Positions 39,683-48,864 of a DNA stretch of 48,866 bases are shown here, piece by piece; the first letter of the stretch is position 1, and every line of letters begins with the position of its first letter. The notes under the pieces are model-generated. The model did not search any database. It worked only from the letters and a program-made list of their open reading frames with translations, and was not told where the DNA came from. The stretch is from Chara braunii (lineage: Eukaryota; Plantae; Charophyceae). The stretch covers positions 3,148,041-3,196,906 of the forward strand of contig BFEA01000029.1 of assembly GCA_003427395.1 (NCBI GenBank), read 5' to 3'. The position numbers and the translations under genes are program-made.

Positions 39683-42600
39683 GGGTAGTGGACGCGCACA
39701 GAGGAGGGTGGTGGGTGTGTGCCCACCATCAACCCATGAATTTCGAACCCCCCCCCCCCAACCCCAGGAATTTTTTTTTTGCAGATCACTGTTTCCTCTG
39801 CGGATTCGGGGAGATCTCGACAAGCGCAGTCCAACCCCATCATCAGAAATAAAAAATAAAAATAAATTGACCCGGTTTTGGCCTCAACTGGATTTCCGGT
39901 TGGACCACCGGGGTTCCAACCGGCCGGTGGCCAGTGCAGCCCTGATTCAAAGGTTAAAAATCGATAAAAATATGGAACTCTGTTGAGCTCTGCGTAAGAA
40001 CATTTTTTATGTTCTACAATCTACATAGTGCTGCACAGGCTCAGCCTCAAGAACATCATCTGTACGCTAGAGGTGCATCCAGTCCACTCAGACTGTGCAC
40101 TAGGCTGTAGAACTGTTGAGGCCTGGCCCTGAGAGGCAGGCTGGGTCAAGCATCCCAATCAGGCCATACCATTGTGAATCCACAGCCCTTTGCTGTGGGA
40201 TTACGATGCCAGACACAAGGGGCCGTAATTAGGAATCTCTAGGGAATATGGTGTGGCAATAGGCACGGACTAAGTATGCCCTATCTTCACATAGTATTTG
40301 GAGCAACTGTAGGTAGGCACGGACTAAATACGTACTATCTACACATAGCAGACAACAACAAAATCAAGCCATACTCCACTGTAATGAGGCGAAGGCACAG
40401 TACAAGTTCAGTTCTACACTCAAACTTTGATCTTAGTCATTTACCTTAAAACATAGCCTAGTCCCTGGCCCAGTTTCTGTGCGCGAGCACAATACAAGGT
40501 GCTATTGGTATGCTTACAACTATTTCCTCGAGTCATACAAGATGTTATTGGTAGCAATATCAATTCCACAGAGCCATAAAAAATGCTATTGATTTATAGC
40601 CCTGAAGGGCCTGAACCATACAAACTCCTACTGGCACCGGCATTTGTTCCCCTGGAGCCATTCCGGATGCTATTAATCCCGATATCTATTCTTTACGAAA
40701 GTTAACCAGTGGACTGTCCTTCCTTCATCTTTTTGCCAACTGACCTTAACAGGGCTCTGCATCCATATAGTCTGGCCGTTTCTCTGTTACAATGATCGCT
40801 TGTACCATGGCACCAGGGTGCCCTTCTCATTTCCTGTTGTACACTGGCTCTCTAACCCCTTCTCTAACACTGGCTCGGTCGGGGGTTTCTGGCTCTGCAG
40901 AGTCTGCACCCATATCGTCTGGCTGTTCTCTGTTACAATGATCGGTTGGACCATGGCACCAGGGTACCCTTTTCATTTCCTGCTGTACACTGGCTCTCTA
41001 ACCCTTTCTCTGCGCTAAAGTGTTCCTCAAGGTGGAGAGGGGCAGCAGTTGGTCTGCTGCAGGAGGACAATCGCAAGGCAACAGTGCGTAGGAACAAAGA
41101 TAACAAACACAACGGAAAGTATATGGTTTCCGATCTAAGGAGACCGTTAGTGTTTGTGGGAAACACTTCCGTATTATATTAATTTAGCACTGCTATTACC
41201 TATGTTTGCTATTCTTTTCTGCAGACGTAGCTTCTCTTTTTGTTTCTAAAGGTCTCCCAAACATACCAACAACGAAAATTCTCCAGAAATTGGTGTAACA
41301 CTTCGCATCAACCTCTCAATAGCCAATTTGGCACATGTATACATGTTTCTACGTGGCAGCCGTCTTTCTGATGATTGCTAGCTTTTGTTGTTGACTTTGA
41401 TATAAAATATTCCTTCTGAACGAAACACTACGGGGTATTACCAACATGATTCAATACAGGCAATGAGAGGCTCCTCCCCAACTATTTACCTACCAGGCCC
41501 ACCTCCTCTTTCGAGCAAGGGTACCATATAATTGCTCAGCATTCCTTCTGTCATCACACACCACTAACTGCAGTCCAACCAAGTTATCACCGCAAAAGGA
41601 AAGCTGGGGATGTCACAGCTATTCAAACCCGAGGCCAAAACAGAGAAAGCATAAACAAGTTTGCAATGCAACAACGTAAAGAATTACGAGGCAAGGGTGG
41701 TGGAGCAAGGTCGGAGAGAAGTAGTGATTGCACTGACCTTGCACATATGAGCATTCACAGAAGCATATGACGATGTACCCCTGAATTCAGCATTATCTCT
41801 TGGCGCCACTATCTCGCCTGTATTTGTCTTGTAGCGCCTGGATAATCCAAAGTCGATGATGAAACATTGTCTCCGTTTCGGACCATAGCCCATGGCAAAG
41901 TTGGACTGCAAAGAGAAAAGAGGAAAAAGGCCAATCCGCATCGTTGGACATTGCGAACGATAACACGTTCAGTGCACACAAAGAACCAGGGCCGATCCTC
42001 TTCCCTCTCAAAGCCCACAACCGTTCTTTACTTTTTCCTGAACCAAAACAATCCTTAAAGTTTTTCTGGTGTTTCTTCATTGTTTCACTGCACTGGCTTG
42101 AAGCTCGTGAATGCACAGCACATTCATCGACAATCAAGAATAACAGGTGAGTGTCATTCCCAAGAACAGAAATTTGACGAAAGACCAGGCAAAACTCCTT
42201 CCCCTTCAGGTCACGTTCACGAATCTCTCGAGTCTCAACCATGGTTCAGAAAGGGATTGTCAAGAGCTCAAACGGTTGAAAAGAAAAGTCGACCAGTTAA
42301 TGCAGGGAAGAAGCACAAAAGGTGGCAAGGATAGCTCATGGCTATCAACCAAGGCCAACATCCAGAGGAGCGTGTCAATATCCATTTTCGCGGCACAACT
42401 ACCTACACATGGTCAAGCTCCAGGGGTTGACGACAAGGTACACAGTCACAGTAAAGGCAACAACCATGGGGAAGCGCTTACAAGGGCTCATCTCCGATCT
42501 CATCCCGGAAAAGTAAGGGAGTCAACCAACAAAAGTGAGGGAAAATAGAGAAGGATCCACACACCATATGGAATCTATCTGAACACTATGAGCCCCATCT

Positions 42601-43735
42601 TCAAGTCCTCACAGACGTTGGTAGCACCCTGAGACAACACTCTGGAATCTAGAAGAAGCCCATCACCTCAAGGACAGGCTTCAAAGCTGAACACCTTTAC
42701 AATAGCGAAGGCCTTAAGTCGAGAACACCGTACAAGCTCTCTGAACAAGATGTGCCCCATCTTCAAGTGCTCACAGACGTTGGTAGCACTCTGAGAGAAC
42801 AGTCAGGCATCTAGAATAGAAGCCCATCGCCCCAAGGACAGGGTTCAAAGCTGAACACTTTCACAATAGCAGCGGCCCTTATGGCAATATGTGACCCGTG
42901 ACTATGCAGACTTCTCCCCATCTTCCCGTCAGTGTGTCTCTGATTGAGACCTTTCCTCATCCCAATCGTGGCAACGACCCATACCAATTGCTAAAAAGTA
43001 GCAGTTTGGGAGAGGACGATGTGTTGTGCCCTCTAACATCATGAACGAGGACAGCAATAACATTATTTTGATGAGGATAGTAGCCAGCATGATGAGGATC
43101 ATGCTTGTCACATTGCGGATCCCACGCACCCACACTCTCCACTGTCGATTCAAATATGAGGTAAGACAGGGCCAGACATGTCCCATCTCTGTACTACATG
43201 AGGATTGTAGACACCGTGTGGCTATGCTGCAGCGCTGTGTTGCTATTATGAGAGTGCTTTTAATGGCTTGCACACTGTGTGTGTACTACTTGAATAGCAT
43301 TGTAGGGCTACCTGCATCAGCCGCCTCCATAACACACAGCTCACCCTCACTACACCCTCGTTACACTTCGGTGCACTCGTTCAGCGACAAAGTCTGGTCA
43401 TTGCGATTATAAAAAAACTACCCTCTACTCTCCGGGTGGGGATTGCGTGGGCACCAACAGGACTATGTCTAAAAATACCAGAATGATGCTGCAGCATTAT
43501 CACGGCAAACTTTTACTCAGGAAGGATCACCCTCATTCCTGCCATGCAAAACCTCCACCACAATAGTATTACATGCTTCTATGGCAAGTGCAGACCTTGG
43601 TTTTGGGATAACCCAGAGCATATGACCTGAGCATCTTGTTCGACGACTTTGGAAATTGACAAGTGCAACGGCAGCGTTCACTGCCATGACTCTTGAGGCC
43701 TTTCCTTTCTGATTTCTGCAGCCAACCTAAACCCC

Positions 43736-43795
<60 letters not shown>

Positions 43796-44317
43796 NNNNN
43801 NNNNNNNNNNNNNNNNNNNNNNNNNNNNNNNNNNNNNNNNNNNNNNNNNNNNNNNNNNNNNNNNNNNNNNNNNNNNNNNNNNNNNNNNNNNNNNNNNNNN
43901 NNNNNNNNNNNNNNNNNNNNNNNNNNNNNNNNNNNNNNNNNNNNNNNNNNNNNNNNNNNNNNNNNNNNNNNNNNNNNNNNNNNNNNNNNNNNNNNNNNNN
44001 NNNNNNNNNNNNNNNNNNNNNNNNNNNNNNNNNNNNNNNNNNNNNNNNNNNNNNNNNNNNNNNNNNNNNNNNNNNNNNNNNNNNNNNNNNNNNNNNNNNN
44101 NNNNNNNNNNNNNNNNNNNNNNNNNNNNNNNNNNNNNNNNNNNNNNNNNNNNNNNNNNNNNNNNNNNNNNNNNNNNNNNNCCCCCCACCCCACCCCCACA
44201 CACAAGCAACGAACAGTGTGACATCTTCTTCAAAAAAACATCATGTAGAATTTGACGACAGCCCTTGGCTGGCGGTAACCGCAACAGCTACAAATAAGAA
44301 CTTTGCAAGGTCTAACG

Positions 44318-44370
<53 letters not shown>

Positions 44371-44620
44371 ACTGTGTGATATTTTATTTGAACATCAAGC
44401 TAGATAATATACAAAACTTGACAACGGCATCTGACTGACAGTAACTGTAACACCTACAAATAAGAACTCTGCAACGTCTAAAGGTGCAAGGATCAAAGGC
44501 TAACAACATTGAAAACAACAGGTGAAGATTAATGCTCGGCACTCTAATACCAGAACTCACCGGTTTCACATCACGGTGAAGATAACCAAGCTCATGCATC
44601 CCTTTGATGCCCTTCAGTAG
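1347..44620 (-). CDS. TTBK: 5'-partial multi-exon gene: TTBK-family kinase with two CCCH zinc fingers, an hnRNP Q/R AcD/NURR-like domain and long disordered tails; join(44561-44620,41738-41905,35343-35438,33608-33691,33013-33114,32234-32307,25263-25979,15462-15561,12671-13887,10459-10616,8855-8976,7528-7815,5597-5807,1347-3598)
   Basis: All 14 exons have AG acceptors and the 13 internal ones have GT donors. Intron phases are compatible (0,0,0,0,0,2,2,0,2,1,0,0,1) and the total of 5649 nt is divisible by 3 with no internal stop. Motifs [48 protein letters not shown], EPDY and YDWD match TTBK/CK1 kinases. Confidence 0.8.
3630..3687. repeat. 29-bp tandem duplication just upstream of the last exon's acceptor
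   Basis: TATGTCACGAAATGAACAT.GTACACTG occurs twice. Confidence 0.85.
5597..5807 (-). CDS. Exon: RSRLGWRCDRPPLGG...TTLASQQR(G)
   Basis: gtgcag| acceptor and |gtcagt donor; 211 nt, phase 0-1, the phase needed to reach the large 3' exon; no homology support. Confidence 0.62.
6133..6220. repeat. 43-bp tandem duplication
   Basis: CTCGTGATACACCACTTCAGGACCCCACGTTAGAGCGGG occurs twice. Confidence 0.9.
7528..7815 (-). CDS. Exon: DHGWDGGGWADGGWQ...PPPPGDEPPPPG...LLQNQ (GW- and Pro-rich)
   Basis: gtacag| acceptor and |gtaagt donor; 288 nt, phase 0-0. Confidence 0.82.
8570..8726. mobile_element. 157-bp MITE with 37-bp TIRs, flanked by TTAA
   Basis: ACCACCAGTAnCTCCTAAAAGTGCTCCGCGTTAACGG arms (36/37 identical) at 8570-8606 and 8690-8726; TTAA at 8566-8569 and 8727-8730. 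Confidence 0.85.
8855..8976 (-). CDS. Exon: AAPAPVAGAIVPAVPAHSNHRGYNGPSNMANGFSGPPAAGM
   Basis: ttttcatgcag| acceptor (followed by a second CAG) and |gtgggt donor; 122 nt, phase 1-0, bridging both neighbours. Confidence 0.75.
10010..10209. mobile_element. Tc1/mariner (pogo-like) MITE with TA target duplication
   Basis: TA|CCTTCTTCCCCAGAACATAACGCATATGC...GCATATGCGTCATGTTTGGGGGAAGAAGG|TA; internal GAATAGAACG..GCGTTGTATTC repeats. Confidence 0.8.
10459..10616 (-). CDS. Exon: RVREQLSRMEEQAALDGLDEFLKVGTTMDIRSGVPSLLGILAKRAAAPAYVN (second half of the AcD/NURR-like domain)
   Basis: cggcag| acceptor and |gtaaag donor; 158 nt, phase 2-1; amphipathic helical pattern. Confidence 0.82.
12671..13887 (-). 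CDS. Exon: EDNYRLTGLLPP, GP-repeat/poly-Pro disordered region, RG-rich patch and first half of the AcD/NURR-like domain
   Basis: ggacag| acceptor and |gtaagc donor; 1217 nt, phase 0-2; lies inside the 414-aa ORF 12667-13911. Confidence 0.85.
13954..14919. repeat. (CT)n microsatellite followed by an assembly gap (N 14026-14919)
   Basis: Directly visible. Confidence 0.95.
15462..15561 (-). CDS. Exon: CCCH finger 2 (VCERASSLCLDFISGKCRNRAAECARYHWSLEE)
   Basis: ttgcag| acceptor and |gttagt donor; 100 nt, phase 2-0; C-x7-C-x6-C-x3-H at 15477-15536. Confidence 0.85.
16286..16475. repeat. ~95-bp tandem duplication
   Basis: CTAGGTGGCATGTTGTTGCATTG...GACCATTCACATCATCTTTGCTG.GACACC occurs twice. Confidence 0.9.
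16751..16877. repeat. ~70-bp tandem duplication
   Basis: TTCTCCTTATTCTTCTCCACCTAATGCTAA...CACACCCTCTTC occurs twice. Confidence 0.85.
17366..17529. repeat. Compound (CT)n-(CA)n-(A)n microsatellite
   Basis: Directly visible. Confidence 0.95.
19056..19519. repeat. (GA)n tracts, gap (N 19131-19330) and duplicated AGGCATGGCAGCACAACGTGTGACAAGAGA units
   Basis: Directly visible. Confidence 0.9.
20056..20330 (+). mobile_element. tRNA-derived SINE-like element or tRNA pseudogene head (tRNA-Ala-like) with downstream body
   Basis: Pol III A box TAGCTCAGTTGG (20063-20074) and B box GGTTCGATTCC (20107-20117); TGGCATT loop; anticodon and acceptor stems mispaired; 3' limit approximate. Confidence 0.55.
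20903..21431. mobile_element. Degenerate non-autonomous element with GCCGACC subterminal repeats and a G-rich core
   Basis: Imperfect ends GCATACCTGCC / GTCAGGCATGC; its right end (GACCAGTAGGTGCC...CAGCTGGTCGG) recurs at ~14987-15055. Confidence 0.45.
25263..25979 (-). CDS. Exon: Gly-rich and RE/RD-rich region plus CCCH finger 1 (CFDMLTRGMCLRHECDYFH)
   Basis: gtgcag| acceptor and |gttcgt donor; 717 nt, phase 2-2, fitting both neighbours; C-x8-C-x4-C-x3-H at 25271-25327. Confidence 0.85.
26633..26670. other. Nextera mate-pair junction adapter (assembly artefact)
   Basis: Exact CTGTCTCTTATACACATCT+AGATGTGTATAAGAGACAG (Tn5 mosaic ends back to back); flanked by a duplication of ~26464-26632 at ~26671-26820. 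Confidence 0.98.
28235..28330 (+). repeat. G-rich minisatellite of ~10-bp units (GGAGGGTGGT/GGAGGGTAGG)
   Basis: Directly visible tandem array. Confidence 0.85.
32234..32307 (-). CDS. TTBK: Exon: HDQLYDWDVEESAPAALAPPAPLS(R), end of the kinase domain
   Basis: gggcag| acceptor and |gtgagt donor; 74 nt, phase 0-2; supplies the conserved (F/Y)DW that ends CK1/TTBK domains. Confidence 0.88.
33013..33114 (-). CDS. TTBK: Kinase exon: SFARYLRALEFHDEPDYNYLLQLLENLHNRLGYT
   Basis: ttccag| acceptor and |gtaagg donor; 102 nt; CK1-family LxFxxxPDY motif; absent from the ORF track. Confidence 0.92.
33608..33691 (-). CDS. TTBK: Kinase exon: DKVRGLKAHFNKNPHLLTKTIELPEELL
   Basis: gtgcag| acceptor and |gtacgt donor; 84 nt, phase 0-0; continues the CK1-type C-lobe. 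Confidence 0.9.
35343..35438 (-). CDS. TTBK: Kinase exon: [32 protein letters not shown]
   Basis: cctttcag| acceptor and |gtaaat donor; 96 nt, phase 0-0; GRxDDLWSLxY and LPWR motifs. Confidence 0.95.
35776..37023. mobile_element. GC-rich non-autonomous DNA-transposon-like element or composite, ending ...GGCCAGTGCAGCCCTG
   Basis: CCGG-rich subterminal repeats, internal long hairpin, TTC and GA tracts; the last ~300 bp recur at 39682-39944; left boundary uncertain. Confidence 0.5.
36004..36075. repeat. Inverted repeat with perfect 27-bp arms and an 18-nt spacer
   Basis: TCAAAAACTGGCGGCCTATCTGGGCCG (36004-36030) pairs with CGGCCCAGATAGGCCGCCAGTTTTTGA (36049-36075). Confidence 0.9.
37024..37560 (-). 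mobile_element. Decayed LINE ORF2 fragment (post-RT region)
   Basis: Translation LKAWRHMMPS...KEEALRQPLFCNPWIKDPDGLPW resembles the AW...P...EE.L.QPLF.NP.I motif of plant/algal L1-type LINEs; interrupted by stops. Confidence 0.55.
37646..37757 (-). pseudogene. Orphan exon of an ABCC/MRP-type ABC transporter, NBD1 region (NATIQDNILFGKSMDPQKYEQVIRACALEKDLSHFPAG)
   Basis: Matches the ABCC NBD1 consensus QNATxxDNILFG...YxxVIxACALxxDLxxxPxG; has cag| and |gtac flanks; no other ABC exons recognised in the window. Confidence 0.75.
38700..39140 (+). mobile_element. Decayed LINE ORF2 C-terminal fragment
   Basis: VWFQLLRKLTLWTIWKRRC matches the W..lR...lW.iW..R(C/N) motif near the end of L1-type ORF2. 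Confidence 0.55.
39682..39944. repeat. Direct-repeat copy of ~36727-37023 (transposon end rc CAGGGCTGCACTGGCCACCGG)
   Basis: Near-identical sequence, missing a ~28-nt internal segment; both copies follow a (GA)n tract. Confidence 0.85.
40752..41011. repeat. ~145-bp tandem duplication
   Basis: TCTGTTACAATGATCG..ACCATGGCACCAGGGT..TGTACACTGGCTCTCTAACCC occurs twice. Confidence 0.85.
41738..41905 (-). CDS. TTBK: Kinase exon: [56 protein letters not shown] (DFG and activation segment)
   Basis: ctttgcag| acceptor and |gtcagt donor; 168 nt, phase 0-0; SNFAMG and FRGTxxYASxNAH are TTBK-type motifs. Confidence 0.95.
42592..42880. repeat. Imperfect tandem duplication, ~160-bp period
   Basis: GCCCCATCTTCAAGT.CTCACAGACGTTGGTAGCAC...TTCAAAGCTGAACAC..T.ACAATAGC occurs twice. 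Confidence 0.85.
43738..44368. repeat. (CT)n, gap (N 43796-44180) and (CA)n
   Basis: Directly visible. Confidence 0.9.
44561..44620 (-). CDS. TTBK: Kinase exon: LLKGIKGMHELGYLHRDVKP (catalytic loop)
   Basis: gtgcag| acceptor and |gtgag donor; 60 nt, phase 0-0; HRDxKP motif. Confidence 0.95.
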
Positions 44621-44968
44621 CTGCACACACAAGATTACGCTGTTCGTCAGTAAACTTCTACGGTCAAAAACTAACATCAGGGGGCGCCAGATATCACAAG
44701 GACGTCTCATCATAAGTTTGTCTGTAAGTAGTGCATACTATGCTTACAAAGATGTTTCTTGTTTGTACAAACTGACAAATAAGTCGCGTGCCAAGACTGC
44801 TACTACGAAAGGCTGAGCGCCTTGCCTTGCTTCAGCAATCCCTACGTAATCATTAGTGAAAATAGACAGCATCAACTATTCATGGATGCAGAAAGATATA
44901 CAAGCCTGACTGTTAACCAACGGACCATGAGTTCAAATCCTGCTGTATGCAATAATATTAAAAAAAAC

Positions 44969-45244
44969 TAGGCTACCAGAGTGGCCCGGGGTCACTTGCC
45001 CGGCCGGGCAAAAAAAAAATTAAAATATATAGTTTATTTTATTTTTTATATTAAATTTGGTAAAGAATTTCGATGTGACCGTGAGGCAAAAGTTGTTCAA
45101 TTTATTTTTCTGCATAACATAGTTTTGTTTCAAATTTTTTGGAGGTCTTTTTTTTTTTTTTTTTTTTTTTTCTTCTTCTGGCACCTTCTCTGGTCCTTGC
45201 ACGGGCTGGCCACCCGGGACCCGGGCGGCCCGGCTGGTAGCCTA
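44969..45244. mobile_element. MITE with TAGGCTACCAG TIRs and a 9-bp direct flank (AAAAAAAAC)
   Basis: TAGGCTACCAG...CTGGTAGCCTA with GC-rich subterminal repeats; AAAAAAAAC at 44960-44968 and 45245-45253. Confidence 0.75.
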
Positions 45245-46549
45245 AAAAAAAACACGTTTTTTATTATTTTTCTAAGGAAATTTCCAAACACAAACACGAT
45301 TATAGAGCCAAGTGGAATAAGCTGGCCAATGTTGCCACGTTGGGCGCAGCTTGAAAAGCGCCTACTAAAATAAAAAACTCACCAATAAAGCTACTAGTGC
45401 CTGGCAGACTAATGTCGGCTAAAGTAAAAAACAGGAAAATAGTAGAGAAGATACAAGTTTCCTATATAAAAAGGAATCAATGGAATAATAGCACCCCCTC
45501 TAGTAGAGGTCGCTGGTTTAACAAAAAACAAAAACAAAAAAAAGGCAAATTGTTCTAGTGACCTAAAACTTCTAAAAGCCATTATGAATTCTCTTTTTTT
45601 TTTTACGGAGCTTTTGATGATTGATCACTCAAAGCCAAAGCAATCTAATATACTCGGAAAAAAGCAAAGGCCGTAGGCTTGCTAGCTAGAGAAAAGAACC
45701 ATTCCTAAGAGTCCAAGCCATTACTCGCTGACTTAGAGAATTATGTTCAGTCACTACATAATCGAGTTCATTATCCTCATTCGTTCCGACTTTCGTCTCG
45801 CTAGCTTGCTTTTATGTCGAATAATCTTTTTGCCATCTTTCTTATTAATGCCACTATCTTATTACTTATCTATGGAGTGATTTTGAGCACTTCAAAAAGA
45901 TATTTACAGAAAACTGTACGCATTTGTTCCACACACACAGACCCCAAGCCAAAACAGGAAGGGAAAAAAAAAAAAAAAGGAAAACTGGCCCCTCACGCAC
46001 CCATGATGGTGCTTGAGGTGGTGCGGTAACAACAAAAAGTGGGGTACCTGCTAACCAAGTGTTTGAAAGGGTTTAAACTTTGAAGGGGTATGTCATAAGC
46101 CCACAAGGGCCTCCCTCACACAGCCGATAACAAAAGGCAAATGGGCCCTGGCTCAGAGCCGAAGGAGTAAAGGCTGGTCATGGCAAGGGATGGGCCTGGT
46201 CAGGCTGTCTGGGACCCAGTAGACTACGGCCTTGTCCAGAGGACTACGGACTGAGGTACCTACTACCGTCAAGACAGAAGACCGAAATCACGTCAGAGCA
46301 GGTCAAATCCATATTGCTTAGAGGAAGCTTGGCCGTCGCTGGGCTCTTGTTGTGAGCTCCATGAGTGGCACACGTTGCTTCAGCTGACAGAGCAGCACCA
46401 GCCGTAGGTGGGCTGCGAGAGAGGGCCAGCACTAAACATAGCACAGCACAGAGAGAGAGAGACCAACGCCTTCGCGCTTGGCCGTTCAGAAGGATGCTGA
46501 CTGGAGCTTGCCAGGGAACGGCAGCATCCACTATCAGGCCAGCAGCAGC

Positions 46550-46790
46550 ACAGCCGCTGAGGACGAAGAGCAGCACTATAGTGTTGGGGGCGCTGAGGAA
46601 GACATGAAGGTGCGACAAGGGGAAGAAGATGATGGCGGATGCACCGAGGAAGAAGAGCGTCACCATAGTGTAGGGGGGGCTGAGGAGGACAAGGAAGGGA
46701 ATGGTGGCTGCACTGAGGAAGTAGAGCGCCGCCGTAGTGTTGAGGAGGCCGAGGAAGACAAAAGGTGGTGCGACAAGGGAGAACTCGGGA
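46550..46790 (+). repeat. Degenerate minisatellite (CTGAGGAAGA...CATAGTGT units, ~30/60 bp)
   Basis: Recurrent gctgaggaagac / gagcagcactatagtgt / gagcgtcaccatagtgt units. Confidence 0.6.
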
Positions 46791-46936
46791 GACGCCCTCG
46801 GCAATGTTGCATAGCGGACACCAAGAAGTGCTCCAGCATGACATGTTGTTCAAGCAGACATTGGTGGAAACAGCACAGAATTCCGTGGCACTGTACTGTG
46901 GAGTAGTATAAGCTAAGGGCAGGTAGTACAGTAGGT

Positions 46937-46937
<1 letters not shown>

Positions 46938-47008
<71 letters not shown>
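46938..47008. repeat. (CT)n microsatellite
   Basis: Directly visible. Confidence 0.95.
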
Positions 47009-47010
<2 letters not shown>

Positions 47011-47505
47011 CCAGCAGGAGCTGCAAATGGTTACTGCTCTCGATGTACTGATATTTGGGAGGCGAGGAGGGGGATTTTCATCATCAAAGAGAGAGAGACT
47101 TCAACTCGTTAGGTTTTGTGCTCCCATTTTACTTGATCGATTCTGCTGCCAGCCTGGTTCCGATATGCATGCTAGCCAAGACATTTCATTGTTTCTCCTG
47201 AGCGGTCTTCTTGCACGACTCTCATGTTCTATTCACTTTGTATCTGGAAATAGGCAAGGATTTTGAGATGACACTCGGCCAAAAGGCATTCATTTGCAAT
47301 TTCACACCACATTTTTCCCTGTGGCTGGTCCCACTATGCACATGATCAGGCAAAAGGTCTTCGTCCTGGGAGCACGGCTCCAACTACACACTTGCCGTGT
47401 GACCGGACCAATCGAATGCACTCTACAAATTTAACTTCCTCTCTATTTGTAAATTGACGAAAAGAGTTACAATGAAACAAAAAGAAAAGAACTTCCTTAG
47501 CACTA

Positions 47506-47610
47506 CCGTCTTCCCCCGAACATAACGCACCCTGATAATTAGCATATACAAGCTAACTTTCCAGTCCGATACAGTCAAAATGAGAGCGCATTGTGTTCGG
47601 GGGAAGATGG
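47506..47610. mobile_element. Second member of the pogo-like MITE family
   Basis: TA|CCGTCTTCCCCCGAACATAACGC...GCATTGTGTTCGGGGGAAGATGG|TA; TIR nearly the same as at 10010-10209. Confidence 0.8.
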
Positions 47611-48784
47611 TAGTGATGCAGAGGCAAGGGGCTTCCCGCTAAAACCGAGCTGTGTACTCTTCTAATGGAGAAAAAATGCTGATTTTGTTTATACCCATCA
47701 CCTCACACTTTTTCCGATTCTTCTCTCGCCCGTTTCATAATTATTTTGATTGGCGCATCAGAAATCAGACATCTACTTAGGAGCTCCTCTTCCATTCTTG
47801 TTTCATTGATGTGATCCGTTGTGCCCGTCAGATCGTCCAAAGATCTAATGGCTGAGTAGGTATTTGCTGGCGCAACACATGATCGAGCTCTTAGGCCGAT
47901 CACTACCCAATTATGTTTCTCGCAATACCGAGCCCACAGAGTTCGTTTGGATGTTTTCAATTGTTTACGTTGTGCTCGGACACAGCTTATTTGGATTTTT
48001 TTCATTTTTTAACATCCTACCGGGACTGCCCAGGCCTCTGAGGCAGAGCTAGCCTTAGACGCCTGACTGATAGACAGAAATATTCTGCACTACATATGTT
48101 TTTGTTGAATTGTCCAGAGTTCACCTGTTGAACAACCTCATCCTTAAGGAAACAAACCTACGCATAATTGTCCAACATTGCAGAGTCTCTCAAAACCAAG
48201 CCACCTAATGAATGTCCTTGTGCTTAAATACTACATCATGAATCTTGACCTCCTTCAATTTCCGGTGGGGCCTGTCTAACACGTGATGCAGGCCTACCTT
48301 GCCAGGCCGCAGATGGCTCCCAGACGAATCAAGGTTACCTGGGCGGCCCGGCCCGGCCCGGCCCAGCCCAGCCCAGCCCAGCTGTTTCATCAATCTTGGC
48401 ATCCAGTTGACTAAGCGATCCCGTTGAACTAAAAAAAGACACAGCTCAAAACTTCAGATATAGAGTCAGGGGTTCATCTACGCGAACCCTGCCTACCCCC
48501 AACAAATTCCATAGCTCGGCATCCCCTCACCTGCCTACCCACCACCTCTCATCTCCATTATGATCAAAGCTCCAACACAACCTCTTGTGCCACGTCTCCA
48601 TTGAATGAAGTCTGGACACATCCCTGCAACTTTCCACAAGCATTCTCGCAACACCATTTTGACAAGCGGAAACAATAACTGATACTGCTTCCCATCACAC
48701 TCTCTGCCTGCTCGTTTATCTACATGTCTGCTCAACTACCGGCCTGTCTTCTTTTCCGCTTCTGTCTGTCTGTCTGCCTGCCTG

Positions 48785-48785
<1 letters not shown>

Positions 48786-48864
<79 letters not shown>
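48786..48864. repeat. (CT)n microsatellite
   Basis: Directly visible. Confidence 0.95.

Noticed and set aside
40450-40740. Minus-strand FLWLCGIDIATNNILY resembling a transposase segment
   Set aside because: Too short and full of stops to support without a search
44905-44945. tRNA-Asn-like fragment (GACTGTTAACC...GAGTTCAAATCC)
   Set aside because: No A box, D arm or acceptor stem
47501-47615. CACTA...TAGTG ends suggesting an En/Spm element
   Set aside because: No 3-bp TSD (TAG vs ATG); the sibling at 10010 shows the boundary is TA|CC..GG|TA
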